Program-made: the position numbers and the translations under genes
In this document: positions 24,017 to 37,140 of the stretch, in pieces
Layout of the letters: the number at the start of each line of letters is the position of its first letter
Numbering within the stretch: position 1 is the first letter of the stretch
DNA from: Gordius albopunctatus
Lineage: Eukaryota
Reading direction: 5' to 3'
NCBI GenBank assembly: GCA_964276515.1
Contig: OZ193909.1
Location: 12,214,001-12,278,000, forward strand
DNA length: 64,000 bases
Notes under the pieces: model-generated
What the model was told of the DNA's origin: nothing
Seen by the model: only the letters and a program-made list of their open reading frames with translations
Databases searched by the model: none

Positions 24017-27013
24017 ATGTTTTCTAAATGTAAGCATGTCTTATATCATCAGCCCAAATGTCACTTTATTAATTCTAATTTACATTCAGCATTTTCAAAG
24101 CTAACAAATTTGTCTCTTCAAAATCATGGCAACAATGGACTTTTTAATAAATTAGAACTTATAGATCATCATGGTTATGAAACATTAGAAAAAGAATCCT
24201 TGAAACAATGTCAATTAATTGTGGAAAAGGTATGTTCTGGTGCTAAAAGTAACCAAAAAATAGTTGCACTCTTTGATAATCTCTCAGACACACTTTGTCA
24301 AACAGCTGATCTTGCAGAATTCATTAGACATTGTCATCCCAATAACTTACATTCACAAGCGGCATCCAAAACATATTATGCTATAAGTGATTACGTTGAG
24401 GGTCTAAATACAAATGTTGACCTCTATGCAGCACTTAAACAATCAGTCACACATGGAGATCCCCACAAACCCTTAGATGAAATTGATATTCGAACAGCTA
24501 ATTTGTTTCTTCAAGATTTTGAACAAAGTGGAATTCACTTAGATAAAAGCAGACGGTCTCAATTTGTTAAAGCTTTTGGGCAACATATTAGGTATGGCAC
24601 CAAATTTATGGAAACCTTAATGAATCCAGTTACTGTGAATAAAAAAGATGTTTTACCTGAGATTATAAAATACTTGCATGAGTCGGACTCCAGCCCAGAT
24701 AAATACATAGTTCCCCAAGTCTATTCACACATCAATGACAGGCAGGCTAGAGAAGCTCTGTACAAATTATATTACAGGCATGATCCTTGGCAACAAAGCA
24801 ATTTGATTGATCTACTAAGAGCTCGGTACGACATGGCTAAAGTAGTAGACTTTCCCAGTTACGCTGATAAATGTGCTCAAAACTCGTTTGCGTCCAACTT
24901 AAAAGCTATCACCCAATTCCTAGATCGAGTCAACGTGGGTATGCGCCCCTTGGTAAACGCGGACCTGGACCTTTTGAAAAATCATGGGCAGCCTGTTTTG
25001 CCTTGGAACGTGGAACACATCGTGGGTAAAATGAGGGCCGACCTTTATCACTTAGGCCGAGAGTTATCTAATTACTTTTCCCTGCCCGATTGCATTCAAG
25101 GGCTCAACGATATCTTAGAAGCACTGTTTGGAGTGGTACTCAAAGTCGAAGACGTCCAGTCTCAAGAACAATTATGGTCCCCCGACGTGTTCAAACTCAG
25201 CGTGCACCGTTCAACTACGGGCCTGCTAGGCTACATATACTGCGACTTTTTCGCTCGACCTCAAAAGCCTCCGATGGATTGTCATTTTACTATTCGAGGG
25301 GGTAGGGAGAGGTTCGACGACGGGGCATATCAGAATCCTGTGATAGTAGTTTCTTTAAACCTACCACCCGTTCAAGATTTGAGGCGATGCCAACTCACAC
25401 CACAGGTAGCCTGGCAAACGGCTTTGTTATAACGATTTGAGTCAGAATTTTGACCTTTATAGACCCGTTATTTCTTTTTGATAGACTTACCCTTTGTGAT
25501 TTAGCGAAACAAATATCGACTCGCGCAAATGTGAAAGCAATTCACGCGTTGTTTTTATGGCAACCGGTACCATAACGATGGTCAAGATTTTCTATTAGGG
25601 AGGGGGGGGGGGGCAAAACATACATTTTTAAGGGTTTTTGCATTGAATTTTTTTTGTCATTAAGCCTGGGAGGGCGGCCCCCCCCCCCTCTGGCTACGTC
25701 CATGGCCGTTACTAACTTAATACCCTAATATAGGCGTTGGAAAATTTTTTCCACGAAATGGGTCACGCCGCCCACTCTATGTTGGGCCGGACGCGGTATC
25801 AACACGTTACGGGCACGCGGTGTACCACCGATTTCGCCGAAATCCCATCGAACCTCATGGAGCTATACGCTTCAGATTGCGACACTCTGCTCAGACTTGG
25901 CCGACACAAGGAAACCCGATCGGGCCCACCACCCAAATTGGTGCAGGCTTATTTGCGGAATAAGCAAACCTTCGCGGCTGTCGATCTTCAAACGCAGCTT
26001 TACTATTCGACCCTCGACCTAACCCTGCACGGTTGTAGCGAGGTCGATGAAAGAAGTACTATTATAACACCCGACTCCCACCATAGTGTTTAGACAATTG
26101 GCCAAGAAGTTGGTTTTTACTTTTTAGTGAATAGTTTCGTGGGATTGATATAGTGAGTGAGAGGGAAAGGGTTCCATATTTCCGGCCTCAGCGACCCGTT
26201 ATTCAGGACAATTGAGGATATAAAAATGTGAGGTGGGGTGGTTGAAAGATGCTATGTAATTATAGGTTAAAATTCTGAGAATAAACTCACATAAATTTTT
26301 GCAAAAGGATTTTTAAACATTATATAGGTGTATTAAGTAAAATTTATTTAAATAACTGGTTTTAATGGATACCTAACATTAATCAGCTCAGGATTTTAAT
26401 ATTCTGTTAATGTGTAATTCGATCTGGTTGTTTTAATCAAATTATATGCGTTAGGCTTTAAGTCGGTCGGTACCTAAACAGATTTCGGAAAATGAATATA
26501 ATCTGGTAGGGGAATACAACTTTTCTAGGTTTAACTGGCACATTTCAATTATTATTCCTTATTTCATATTTGATCGCGACACTGTTCTATGTTTTAGTGG
26601 GTATTTAATTAAAATTATTTTGGTCACTTGTATGCACATTTGCATCCCCTGATAAAATAGATATTGACGAATTGGTGGAAGAAATGCACAAAGTCTACCA
26701 CATGTTCCCCGTGGTTAAGGGCATATCACCGCATCTCAAATTTGGACACATAGTAGGATACGGGGCTAAGTATTATTCCTACCTCGTAGCCAAAAGTGTG
26801 GCCCAAAGTATATGGCAAGAATATTTTAACGATGATCCCCTATCACCCAAGGCCGGCCAAAAATTTCTAAATTTAATCAAGTACGGTGGTGAGAGGCGAC
26901 CTCAAGAAATATTGCAAGAAGTTTTTGACAGTGAAAATCCTGTTCAAATAACCCAATTCGCCGATTCTATAGCAACCGATCTCAAAGAAAAATATAAAAA
27001 AATACATATATAA
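24017..27013 (+). CDS. MIPEP: Mitochondrial intermediate peptidase (M3A); exons 24017-25405, 25734-26055 (alternative donor after 26031), 26661-27013
   Basis: Basic presequence-like N-terminus; FDNLSDTLCQTADLAEFIR, LNTN, DFEQSGIHL, GYIYCDFF.R..K, CHFTIRGG, zinc motif FHEMGHAAHSMLGRT, GTRC.TDFAEIPS, FGHIVGYGAKYYSY; phase-compatible GT-AG introns. Confidence 0.95.
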
Positions 27014-27699
27014 TTCATGTTTTGTGATACAGATATCAATATATTTTTACGTTTTTCGTTGAAATTCGTAGTCAAATAGGTGCTAGTGACGATGTTTTAA
27101 AAGAAAATTAAATTCCTTCTTTTGGGTTTAGAAGTTGGATAAATGACATGTAATATTTTGAAATATACAATTTATTTTTTTTGTCAATCTATTTAAAAGT
27201 CATTTAAGTAATTTAAACATAAGTTTCTCGTAATAAATGTTAGTTTTTAACCAAAATGTGGTATTTTAATTTCAGAAAACATATGAATAAATCAAGACTT
27301 AATATATAAGGTATAAAATCATGGTGGCCTATTTTGACGATTATAATATATAATTTTAACTGTAAACGTTTAAAGAGCATAAATAGTGTAACTAGCATAC
27401 TATAAGCAAATTTATATCCTAAGGAATTTTGGAAATAAGGTGTAAATTTAAATGCCTATAAGTTAGCCTCCCACACCAACAAAAATGCAGAAAAAGAATT
27501 AGGACTAAAGTGAAGCCCGGAAAAATGGACAAAATGGTTGAATTTGGCCGAGGAACGGTCATCATAAATTAATTTTTTGCATGGAAAATATATTTTTGAG
27601 GGTAAGATACCGTGAATGCCAAAACCTGCAGACACAAAATTAAAAATGGATTTTGGCTGGGGTTAGATAAAGAAGAAGTAAGCAACGGTCACCATTAAT

Positions 27700-28152
27700 T
27701 TACGTGAAATTATCAATCATCCCTTATAAAGCAACAACCTTGACAAATTGGCAAAAGAAATTTATAAGGCAGCAAAGAATAGCCATTAACCCGAATTTGG
27801 GTCTTTGACCGGGTCAGACAAATTAGATGTAAGCAACGGTCAGCATTAATATTTAGGCAATTATTTAGCCAGTTACGCAAGCCGATATAAAACAACAGCC
27901 TAGGAAAATTGGAAAAGGAAATTATTTAATAAAGGTAATAAATAGGCAGTCTCAAATACAATCATGGAATTCGGGGGAGGTCGAAAAATTAGAGCCAACC
28001 AGCGGTCATTAGCTAGTCTATTTGCGAAAGAAAAGTCTTTTAAAGAAGCATAAGTCCACAGCCATTAAAAACCCGTGTAAGTTTCTAGGGCAATTTTTGA
28101 AAAATTATAAGTTGGACGGATAGAAAGCAAGCCCATAAATTGTATAGCAATT
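27700..28152 (-). mobile_element. Interspersed repeat, candidate HINE/DINE-like; inverted relative at about 55866-56345
   Basis: Shared block GGTCATTAGCTAGTCTATT and shared end GCCCATAAATTGTATAGCAATT. Confidence 0.55.
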
Positions 28153-28770
28153 CGAAGTAAACAATATAAGTTTGGAACATTGTTGTCAACAAATATTTTC
28201 TTATTATTATTTTTAAATTAAGCTAGCCAATTTTAAATGGCAGTTGTCAATAAAGAGTTCTATTATGTTAAAATATTCAAAAATTACACTTGTTAAATTA
28301 TATAACTAACGAACGGTGTATATATAGTAAAATGTTCCTTTTGCAATTTATATATTAAATATTTATCTGTTATATCAATTAATAAAAATATAATCAATAT
28401 ATTATGCTTTTCTTTGATAACAAATAGAGTTGATACAAATAATTTTAAGATTCTAAATCATTCACTTAAAGCTGATTGCTCAAAAAATGAATTAATGCTT
28501 CGATGTCTCTGCAATTTTACCATTATAAAAGTGCCAAAATGAGCCTATATTCGATATTTATATATTAAAATAAACACTCGAATGTAACCTAATGTATTTT
28601 AAGAATTTACAAGTAATTACGAAATAAACTAATATATAGCGTGATTTGTAATATCAGTTTTATATAATACTTTTTAGTCGACATTCCTTGTGGATAAGTA
28701 AAATACCCATATGTTGTTCTAGGTATTAATTGATAATAAAATCTTTCTTTTCAGTAGATTTCCTAATTAG

Positions 28771-29806
28771 TAGTGCTGTAAGTGAACGCGTTCATGAACG
28801 GCGTTCTTTTATTTTTTGGTGAACTTTGAACGTGAACGCGTTCTTTTTTTGATGAACGCGTTCGAATTTAACCTTCGTTCAATTTTAAAAACCCTTTTTT
28901 TTTTTATTTATTTGAAAATTAATGTCAATCCGAATTTTTAACAAAAAAGTATTATTAATTTTAATCAGTTGTTTTTCCTGTTTCCTATTACCAATTCCGA
29001 AATACTTTTAACATATTATAACGTGCAAAAGAAGATAAGATTAAAGTTAATTATTTTTATATTATTAATTATATTTTAATTTATAGGTTAATATGGACAA
29101 TCATAATATTATATCGTCGTCATCTTCAGATTCTGAATATTCAAAATCAGCAGATGAATTGAAATTGCCATGGCCAAAATATGAAAAATATTTTTCACTC
29201 GTTTCATATAAAATATCAAATTCAATAATTAAAATGAACCTATAAAGAATAAACTTTTAGTGTTATTGAAAAAAGGGATTGAAAGTTGAAACCCCTAGAA
29301 TTGATAATGAAAGAGCTGTCAATTCCGAGATATCATTTTTTGGCGAGGAAGTAGAGGGCGCATTGGAGGATGATATCTTGTCGCAATTTTTTGAATGAGG
29401 GACAAAACATTAAAAGTTTTTAATAAATTTCCTCCTTTAAAAAATTTGTTTATTAAGTATAATACCCCAATCCCCTCATCTGTCCCTGTGGAGCAGGTTT
29501 TTAGTATAGCTAATGCTGTATTAACTGCCAAGCGTTCCTGCTTATCAGAAGACAATTTTGAAAAACAATTATTATTAAAAATAAATAATAAAATAGATTA
29601 TATTGATTTATAATTATATTGTCGAAATAAAACTATTATTTTTTATCATGGCTATTTATTGTATTAAAAAATATAAGACATTTATTTATATTAAATTAAA
29701 CTTTAAAAAAATGTATCTTAAAATTTTGAACGAACGTGAACGCGTTCCTTTTCTTTTTAGACGAACGTGAACGCGTTCGATTTTTTTACAAATGTTTACA
29801 GCACTA
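28771..29806 (+). mobile_element. Internally deleted hAT transposon
   Basis: TIRs TAGTGCTGTAA / TTACAGCACTA; GAACGCGTTC subterminal repeats; ORF 29395-29613 FPPLKNLFIKYNTPIPSSVPVEQVFS (dimerization domain); TSD degenerate. Confidence 0.85.
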
Positions 29807-30439
29807 CTAAATATAATTAGTAAATAAACATTTTCAACTAAATGTGGGTTTAGATTAATCCATTTAATAGACTGCTAAGTTCTTTTTAAAAGTATCGGGT
29901 TAGAAAATGTTTATAATGATGGGCTATTATATATTTTCATATCTTATAAACAAATATGATAATAAAAACAGGTCCGGGGGACGGAAGGGGGAACGAAATT
30001 CATCTATACTCCGTATAAACGTAGCATATTTGCTATGCAATTTATGGGCGAGAAAGGTGGGAAGGGGCGAGAATGCCTATAGGGGGGTATAAAATGCAAA
30101 AAGATTAGTTAATTATTTATACAAATATTTAAAAAGTTAAATTTTTGTAAAACCTGCTATAAAACACTTATTAATACTTTATTTATTGAAGAATAGGTTT
30201 TCTTTCATTCGTTCTTATTTATCAACTTCTAAATTAATCAAAATGAAGAAAGGAACGCAAATAGAGGGGACCTTGGAAAAGCCAATAGTTATCCTTCCAA
30301 AACGTACAACTTTCAATTTAGAGTTTTTATGATACTGTATAAATTTAAACAATTTGGTGTAAACGACCCATAATCTGAATTATGACTATAGTATAGACTC
30401 TATTCAAATCATGCGCATATCTATAGTATAAACAAAATC

Positions 30440-31700
30440 AGACTTTGGCCATTGGTCATTTTTTCTATCTCTTTGGCCAGTGGTCATTTTTTCTAATGGT
30501 TAGCAGACAGCCAAATAACTAGCCTATAATTATAATATAGAAAAAAAATTGACTTTAATCTCACTTTGGTCAGTGGTCATTTTTTTTATTTGTCAGTAGC
30601 CAGCAAACTGCCAAATAGCCTATATCTTATATATAAAAATGAAACTATGTATGTATGTCGCCAACAATTTTGGAAAACTACCAGACCGATTTGGCTCAAA
30701 ATTTCACATTTTATTCCTGACACTCCGGAGCATGTTTTAAGATTTTTTCAAGCCAAATCGGTCCAGTAGTTTTAGAGTTTGTTTTATAGGTTTTGACATT
30801 TAATAGAATGTCAATAAAACGCAACCTCATGACGTACTGTCTATCTAAATGAAACTATATGTGTGCATGCGAGTAGGTAGGTTAGTGTGATAAATGTAGG
30901 CATGTCCTGCGGAAAATGGAAACTTTTTACGATTTGAAACATTAAATCAAAGCATGGGCGTAATGAATCAAAGTCATTTTTTTACTTATTTTTCATGTCA
31001 ATTATTATTATTATAGGACTGTCGTGTCTCCTCCTGCGTGGCTGAATAAAATAAAAAATCTAATTTTGTCATTTTTTGCGCGTTAAATAAGGAGAAAAAT
31101 TAAAATACAATTAACAAAGTGCCAATAAATGTTGGTATATCTCAGTTCTTCGGAAATTATTAAGTTCAGAATTAAAAGTTTTATTCAGAAACAAATAATT
31201 ATGATATTCTTTCTTAATTACAAAAAAATACAAAAAATTGCTTGAAGGGCCAGGGGCCAAAGCTTTTTCCCTTGAGGGGGGGGGCATGGGGCCAGGTTTT
31301 CTATCTTGGGTAAGCCTGGTCCTTGGACCCTCTTTAACTATTTGTTTAAAAATTATCAAACTTTATTTTTACTTCAATAACCGCTTTATCATCATATATG
31401 CCCTAAAATTCCAACATAATATAATACACCCGGGTAAATGGCAAAACAACGTTTGCCGGGTTCATCTATTTTAAAATATAGAAAAAAAGTTGATGCACTT
31501 TGGCCAAAGGTCATTTTTTCATTGCTCAGCCAGGACACGGTCACGAAGGATATAAATACATAAGAGACGAAAAAAAAATTTCGATTCACAATCTGGCCAA
31601 TGGTCATTTTATTCATTGGTCAGTAGCCAGCGGGCGGCCAAAAAATCATATTATCAATGGTATTAACAAGAAAAATATATTAATTAAAAAAATTAAAAGA
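30440..31700. repeat. TTGGCCAATGGTCATTTTT minisatellite-like array split by a Helitron
   Basis: Repeated TTGGCCA(A/T/G)TGGTCATTTT units at 30440-30620 and 31470-31700; same family at 49880-50290 and 53760-54345. Confidence 0.75.
30625..31469 (+). mobile_element. Non-autonomous Helitron
   Basis: 5' A|TC start; shares GACCGATTT and CCTCATGACGTA blocks and the 3' hairpin GGCAAAACAACGTTTGCC with the 50296 Helitron; ends CTAT rather than CTAG. Confidence 0.8.
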
Positions 31701-31741
31701 CATAGTATTTCTTAATTCTTATATAAAAGCTAATAGGTATT

Positions 31742-33397
31742 TGTAGAGGATAACTTCGGAGGCGTTTAAGGTTATCGCGGACGACGCGTACCCGGATAAC
31801 CCTACCGAATGGTCGTTCGAAGAAGCGACCAGGAGAGCGAAGAAGGTGTTCAAGGGGCAGACCTGCCCTCTTCCGCAAAGGTTCATGTTTGGAAATATTC
31901 GACAGATGCCCGGGGAAGAACTCATACGATAGGCGTCAAAGGACTGCGGTTTTTATCCCGGAGAATTATCGGCCAGAATGCTCGATCAGCTGATTTAGGG
32001 CTCTACGGACCAACGGTGCAGGCTGCGTTGATGGCCGAAAAGTACCTCAAGTGGGACAAGGCGGTGGAGATCGCCTTCGGCCGCGAGGCAATCGGCAAAG
32101 GCCTGAGGACGATGCACCTGTCAGGGGACGAGGCGTTCACGGTCGAAGCGAGGAGATCGTGTCCGAGTATGACCAGGTTCGGCCATGCTTAAGATATTTT
32201 GACTATTGATGTATATATTAATAACACCTTGATAACTTTTCTTGTGGACACGGGTTCCACCGTTACAATCGTGCCGGCCAACTTGTGGAAGGAGTGGTTA
32301 CCGTTGCAAACAAACCTGAGACCTTCCGTACATGCGTTCGGCGGCAAGGAGATAAAGATTATCGGCGAAGTAACAGCCGAGGCCGGCTAGGTTCCACCCG
32401 GAAGCGCCTGCCACTGTTAGTGGCGGGTGTAAAGGGACCGCCTTTACTCGGAACGGACTGGATAAAAGAGTTCGGAAAGGACGTATGGGAGCTAGCCAAA
32501 TGGAATTCGCGAAGCGTCATGGAGCGCTACATAGTGAATTTCGTCGAGGACAAGGCCCCAAAAGAGCCGCTCGTAACCAATAAACACGTCGAAGATAGGG
32601 TGCGACGGGTGACGGTGCAGAAGGTGGCAACTATCCACCAAGCGACTGAGATAACGCCTGCAGAAGAAAGGTTGGGGCGGAAAATTCGAACCAAGTGGGA
32701 GGTGGTACGGCAAATCGAACCGCAACATTGGACGGAGAGGAGGAAAATCGCGCACGTACGACGTCGGAGACCCAGTGTGGGTGTGTATGTTTCTGGGGTC
32801 CGATAAATGGGTGCAGGGTACCGTTATTTCCAAGCGCGGAGCGCGCTCATTCGATATTAGGGCCCGAGGGAAAAGCCATCATCGGCATTTGGACCAGGTG
32901 AGACCAATGAAAATATTGGACTGGAGAATAGTTGGACATGAAAATGGATGGCCGGACCGAAATACCATCGCGCGATCGAGTCCCATTGCAAACTAGCCAA
33001 TAGATCCAAGCCCGTTACCAACGGCGTCCAGTCAAGGTGCCCTGCCAATGATGCCCAATGACAATGCCGCTACAGAAGCGGGTGAACACAATGCCCTTCC
33101 AATTTCTCCGGAGCTAAACAACGCCCCGCCTAAGGTTAGATAACCGCGCCGGGTACGACAGGCCCCAAGCTACCTAAAGCATTATCTCTGTGAAAAGGGG
33201 GAAGTGTAGAGGATTACTGACGATGTGTAACGTACACTTAAGTTCTTTTTGCTCGTGGAGCAAAAAGATATAGAATACGTGTTATTCTTTTCCTATCGCG
33301 TGTTTTTATTACATATCGCGTTTTTGTGTTTCTTCGCGCGCTTGTTCCCTGTAAAGTGAATTGATTTCTAATAAAGTCAGATCGAATAGATCTAACA
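31742..33397 (+). mobile_element. Heavily deleted Gypsy LTR element (gag/PR/IN remnants); 3' LTR 33205-33397
   Basis: TG...CA ends; exact 5-bp TSD GTATT (31737-31741, 33398-33402); PPT AAAAGGGGGAAG before 33205; FLVDTGSTVT, LLGTDWI, TPAEERLGRKIRT, WVQGTV...RHLDQVR. Confidence 0.88.
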
Positions 33398-33832
33398 GTA
33401 TTGACAATTCCCGATAATTTATCCATGAAGAACATCGAATATGAGGGTAAAAATCTTCTAAAATAGGTAAAGAAGAGTTGTGATGTTGGGCAAAGATTAC
33501 AATATTTTATAATCTGATAGGGCGTCCAAGAGATTCTTTGGACGAAATCCTTCTATAATTTATTTTCATTCGTGTTTCTGGTAAAACAATGAAAGAATTC
33601 GGAGGAAATATTATTTGAAAAATTGCCAAAACTTGTTTCTTTTCCAAAAACCGTTCATTTTCTTTGCATATCGAGGTTTCTTAACTTCAAAATCATACAA
33701 CCTAGCCTTAGGTTAGACTACTATTACTAAAGTTTCTGCTAACTGTCTGACTTGCTGAAGATGTAGGTCCTTTTTTTTCAATTGCTTGCATAACATATTC
33801 AGATTGTCGTAGAGAGGGAGCAAAGTTGCAGC

Positions 33833-34865
33833 TAGTAATGCGAAAAAACCGAGCGAGACGAGACGAGATTTTGAAAAATTGAGTCGAGATCGAAAGGAGA
33901 ATTTTGACCTCGAGACGAAACGAGATTTTATCGGCGAGATCTCGACTTTAATTTTTATCTATTAGGTCTTCATTTAGCTAATTAAGAATTTTTATTTTAT
34001 GAGATTTAAATTTAGGGTATTTAATGTAAATTAATATGATTTTGAAACTTTTGATAGTAATTACTTACGCACCTAATTATCCGCTTCCCGCAAATTTCAA
34101 ATTTGTAATATAATCCTAATAAACATAGTGTTAGTAGCTCTTAGGGTATTTGTTACTTATTTGTATAGCTTATATAATATAAAATTATTTAGACCTATAA
34201 TGTGTTTATGCGCAAAATGTTCATCATCCAACAAAAAAAAGAGCAAGCTGCTCAAACATTTCACAATATTCAAGGATGAATCAAATAAAATGGAGAAGTG
34301 TAAATTGTGCTTTAAAGAAAATTTTATATTTTAAGTTATATATGTGCAATTAACGTAAGATCTCAAAACTGTTATGTTCTTCCAACAAAAATGCCTATAA
34401 TTTATTTTTTAATAATGATATCTTTAAAAGTTTACTCTCGCACTTTTGTCATTATTTTAACGTTATTATATAAGGTCTCAATAAATTCATTATGTTAAAA
34501 TATGATGATATTATTAAACTTTATCCTTTTGTTGAGCCTTAGCCAGGAAATGAAAGTTATTGTTTAGCAAATTTATACCTTCGAGGCAAGTAGTATATAT
34601 AACACCTCCAATAATGCTTCCTGCCTTAATATACCCATCTAGCTTGTGTTTTGGGGTTTAAGATAAAAACTTGGACCCATTATGACCAATTTATATCTTA
34701 TATAATAATTTATAAGAGTCAGAAAAAAATATATGGTATAATTATTTTTAAAAATCGAGAAGAGACGAGAATTCTCGTCGAGACGAGATCGAGATTTTAA
34801 TAATTGCACCCGAGACGAGACGAGATTTTGTTCTGAGACCGAGACGAGACGAGATCGCAACACTA
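33833..34865 (+). mobile_element. Non-autonomous hAT element with CGAGA subterminal repeats and a BED-finger remnant
   Basis: TIRs TAGTAATGCGA / TCGCAACACTA; exact TSD GTTGCAGC; HF...KCKLC near 34255-34310. Confidence 0.88.
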
Positions 34866-35759
34866 GTTGCAGCTTCTTTTGCAACATCGTGATCATGCTT
34901 GCCCCAATTTCTCTTTATTTGGTTTCTCTTCTATTTCTGACAACATTTCTTTTAAAACTTCATGAAGTTTGAATAGATTAAATGGATTGACACTTTTAAT
35001 AGCGATTCATTGGGAATTAGCACCTACTCCAGATGATGCTGGGAAAAAGAAAATATGAAATTATTTTATAATGACTTTCTTTATGTTTTATACCAGATTT
35101 TATAATTTTGATGTTGAAATAAAAATGTTATAAAAATTTTTTGAAAGTTCCCCCCCCCCCGGGAGAAAATCCTGGCTACGAGCCTGTGAACAAGGCAAGA
35201 AGGCAAAGAGGATGAAATAGCAAATTAATTATTTTAATCAACGGGGGCCATTGGGTGTGTATAGCGAATTTGGTATAAACATAAATCGTATGGTATAACG
35301 GGAGGCATTTGATGTACATATAAGCAATATAAATGTTAAAATATTCGTCAATTCCAAATTATACTAAATTATAAAACCTATATGTACATACTATAATTGA
35401 TATATCAAATTACTATGCAAATATAAATATATATGTCATAATGAAACTTTTTAAGAATGAATACTTTTTATACCAGCCGCCATTAATACCCTTTAATCAT
35501 AAATAAAAGCACCGTTGAGCCACGTCAAATAAAAAATTCTAGCTATGACAACAAACCTTTTAGGTTGACCAAAAAAATTACAATAATTTAGTTATGTAAG
35601 TTATATAATATATGAGGGATATTAATTACGCTCACTTATTAAAATTAAGATTGAAGGTGGGATGATATAAAGCATTAACTATAAAAAATAATTTTATATA
35701 TATTTTTTTTTGTTAAAAATTTTATTTTCACGAAACAAAGTTACATAAATAAGCGAAAT

Positions 35760-37140
35760 ACAAATATAAAGACATATTGGTTAAATAAAAGATCTATATC
35801 ATTCTATTCTAAAATGGGCCATGACTCGGCAAAGGATTTAAAGTTGTATCGTGCAACAAGGATCCCTAGTTGTTGCCTGAGTAAAAAGGATGCAGAAATT
35901 TTAGATTTAGGGGTCCGTTTTCCGATTTCTTTAAAAAACCCCATTGCCTGTTTGCCAAAGGAACCGGATCACGTAGCAACGACATGGATAAAAATATTGG
36001 ATGCCAAAAGGGCAAAATACTTTGTAGTTTTACGCCCTTCTTCTGTAGCGATAGGGTCGTAATTAAAATGGGAAGGGGCAAAAAGGTCAATACAAGTAAA
36101 ATCCCATTTGAGGGATAGGCCATTTTGCCAGGGGACTAGAGAAGAGCCGTCAGGGCGCATCCTACCTTCAAGGGAGGGATCGGACGGCTCAAGGATTGAG
36201 GGGATTTTGGTCTTTTTAAGGGCAGCTTGAATTAATAGATTAGCTTTAGTGTGTCTAACGTATTTATATTTGTTTGCTAGGCAGTGTAGAGGGTGCCTAG
36301 CATATTCGTCTACAACGGTAAGGCAATTTTGACAGTTGAATTGTCTGCTGTAACTAATCCCCAACATTAAAGCTATGGAATATGATAGCTCAAAGTCTTC
36401 AAGCAGCATTCCCAAAAGTTTGCTGGGATAGGCTTCAAGCCACTCGTGACCGGAACCGTCAAAATCGAGGGACCTAAGGTTGTAATGCTGGCTATCATCG
36501 CTGCTCGATAAAAGGTAATCAACGGAGCGCGATACTAGTCCAGAATCCCAATCCTTTTGTCTCGTACTTTGAGGATGAATGGTCTCGGGTGTGACATTCA
36601 AATTCCAAAGCTCCAAGGCTTGAGTTAGCAGCGGGTCGGAATCATGTTTGATGAGATTACAAATTAAGTTTTGGATTGACTTAAAAGAGGAAATAAAAGC
36701 GGCTAGCGATATGCTGCCGGAAGGGCAAATTCCTAATCCTCAAGATTTGGTTGGAAGGGATGCTTGAATCCAATTGTTAGTATTAAATTTTAAATTTTTT
36801 CTAATAAAATTTTTAAAAAGCCTTCGTACGACTTTAAAACGTCTGGGTGTAAAAATGCGCCAGATGAGCGAAAACAATGATTAATCTTTGAAATGTTAAA
36901 ATAGTTTTTGATTATGTAAAATGAGTTATGCGCTGGCAAGCATTTTAAAAGTTCCGTTTTAGATTTTAAAATTTCAAGGTTCTTATGAAGAAAATTTAAG
37001 AGACATTTTTCACCGCCAATGGGTGATCCCAAAAGGGATATGTTTTCTTTCTCTAAAACTAAAAAATTTTTAAAAATTGGAAAGTCAATAGTGTTGAGGG
37101 CCTGAAAGATTTCACATTTTTTTGAGTTTAATTTAAGGTT
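35760..37140 (-). mobile_element. 3' part of an RLE-type (CRE-like) non-LTR retrotransposon, decayed
   Basis: LGSPIG; QASLP...GLGI; CCHC finger CQNC...HPLHC; RH motif; LEP...RPDG...WDFT; E..K..KY restriction-like endonuclease. Confidence 0.8.

Noticed and set aside
33480..33700. THAP-domain or neuropeptide-like reading (KKMNGFWKR) on the minus strand
   Set aside because: Key Cys/His residues or the amidation Gly are missing and the frames are broken; chance similarity is likely.
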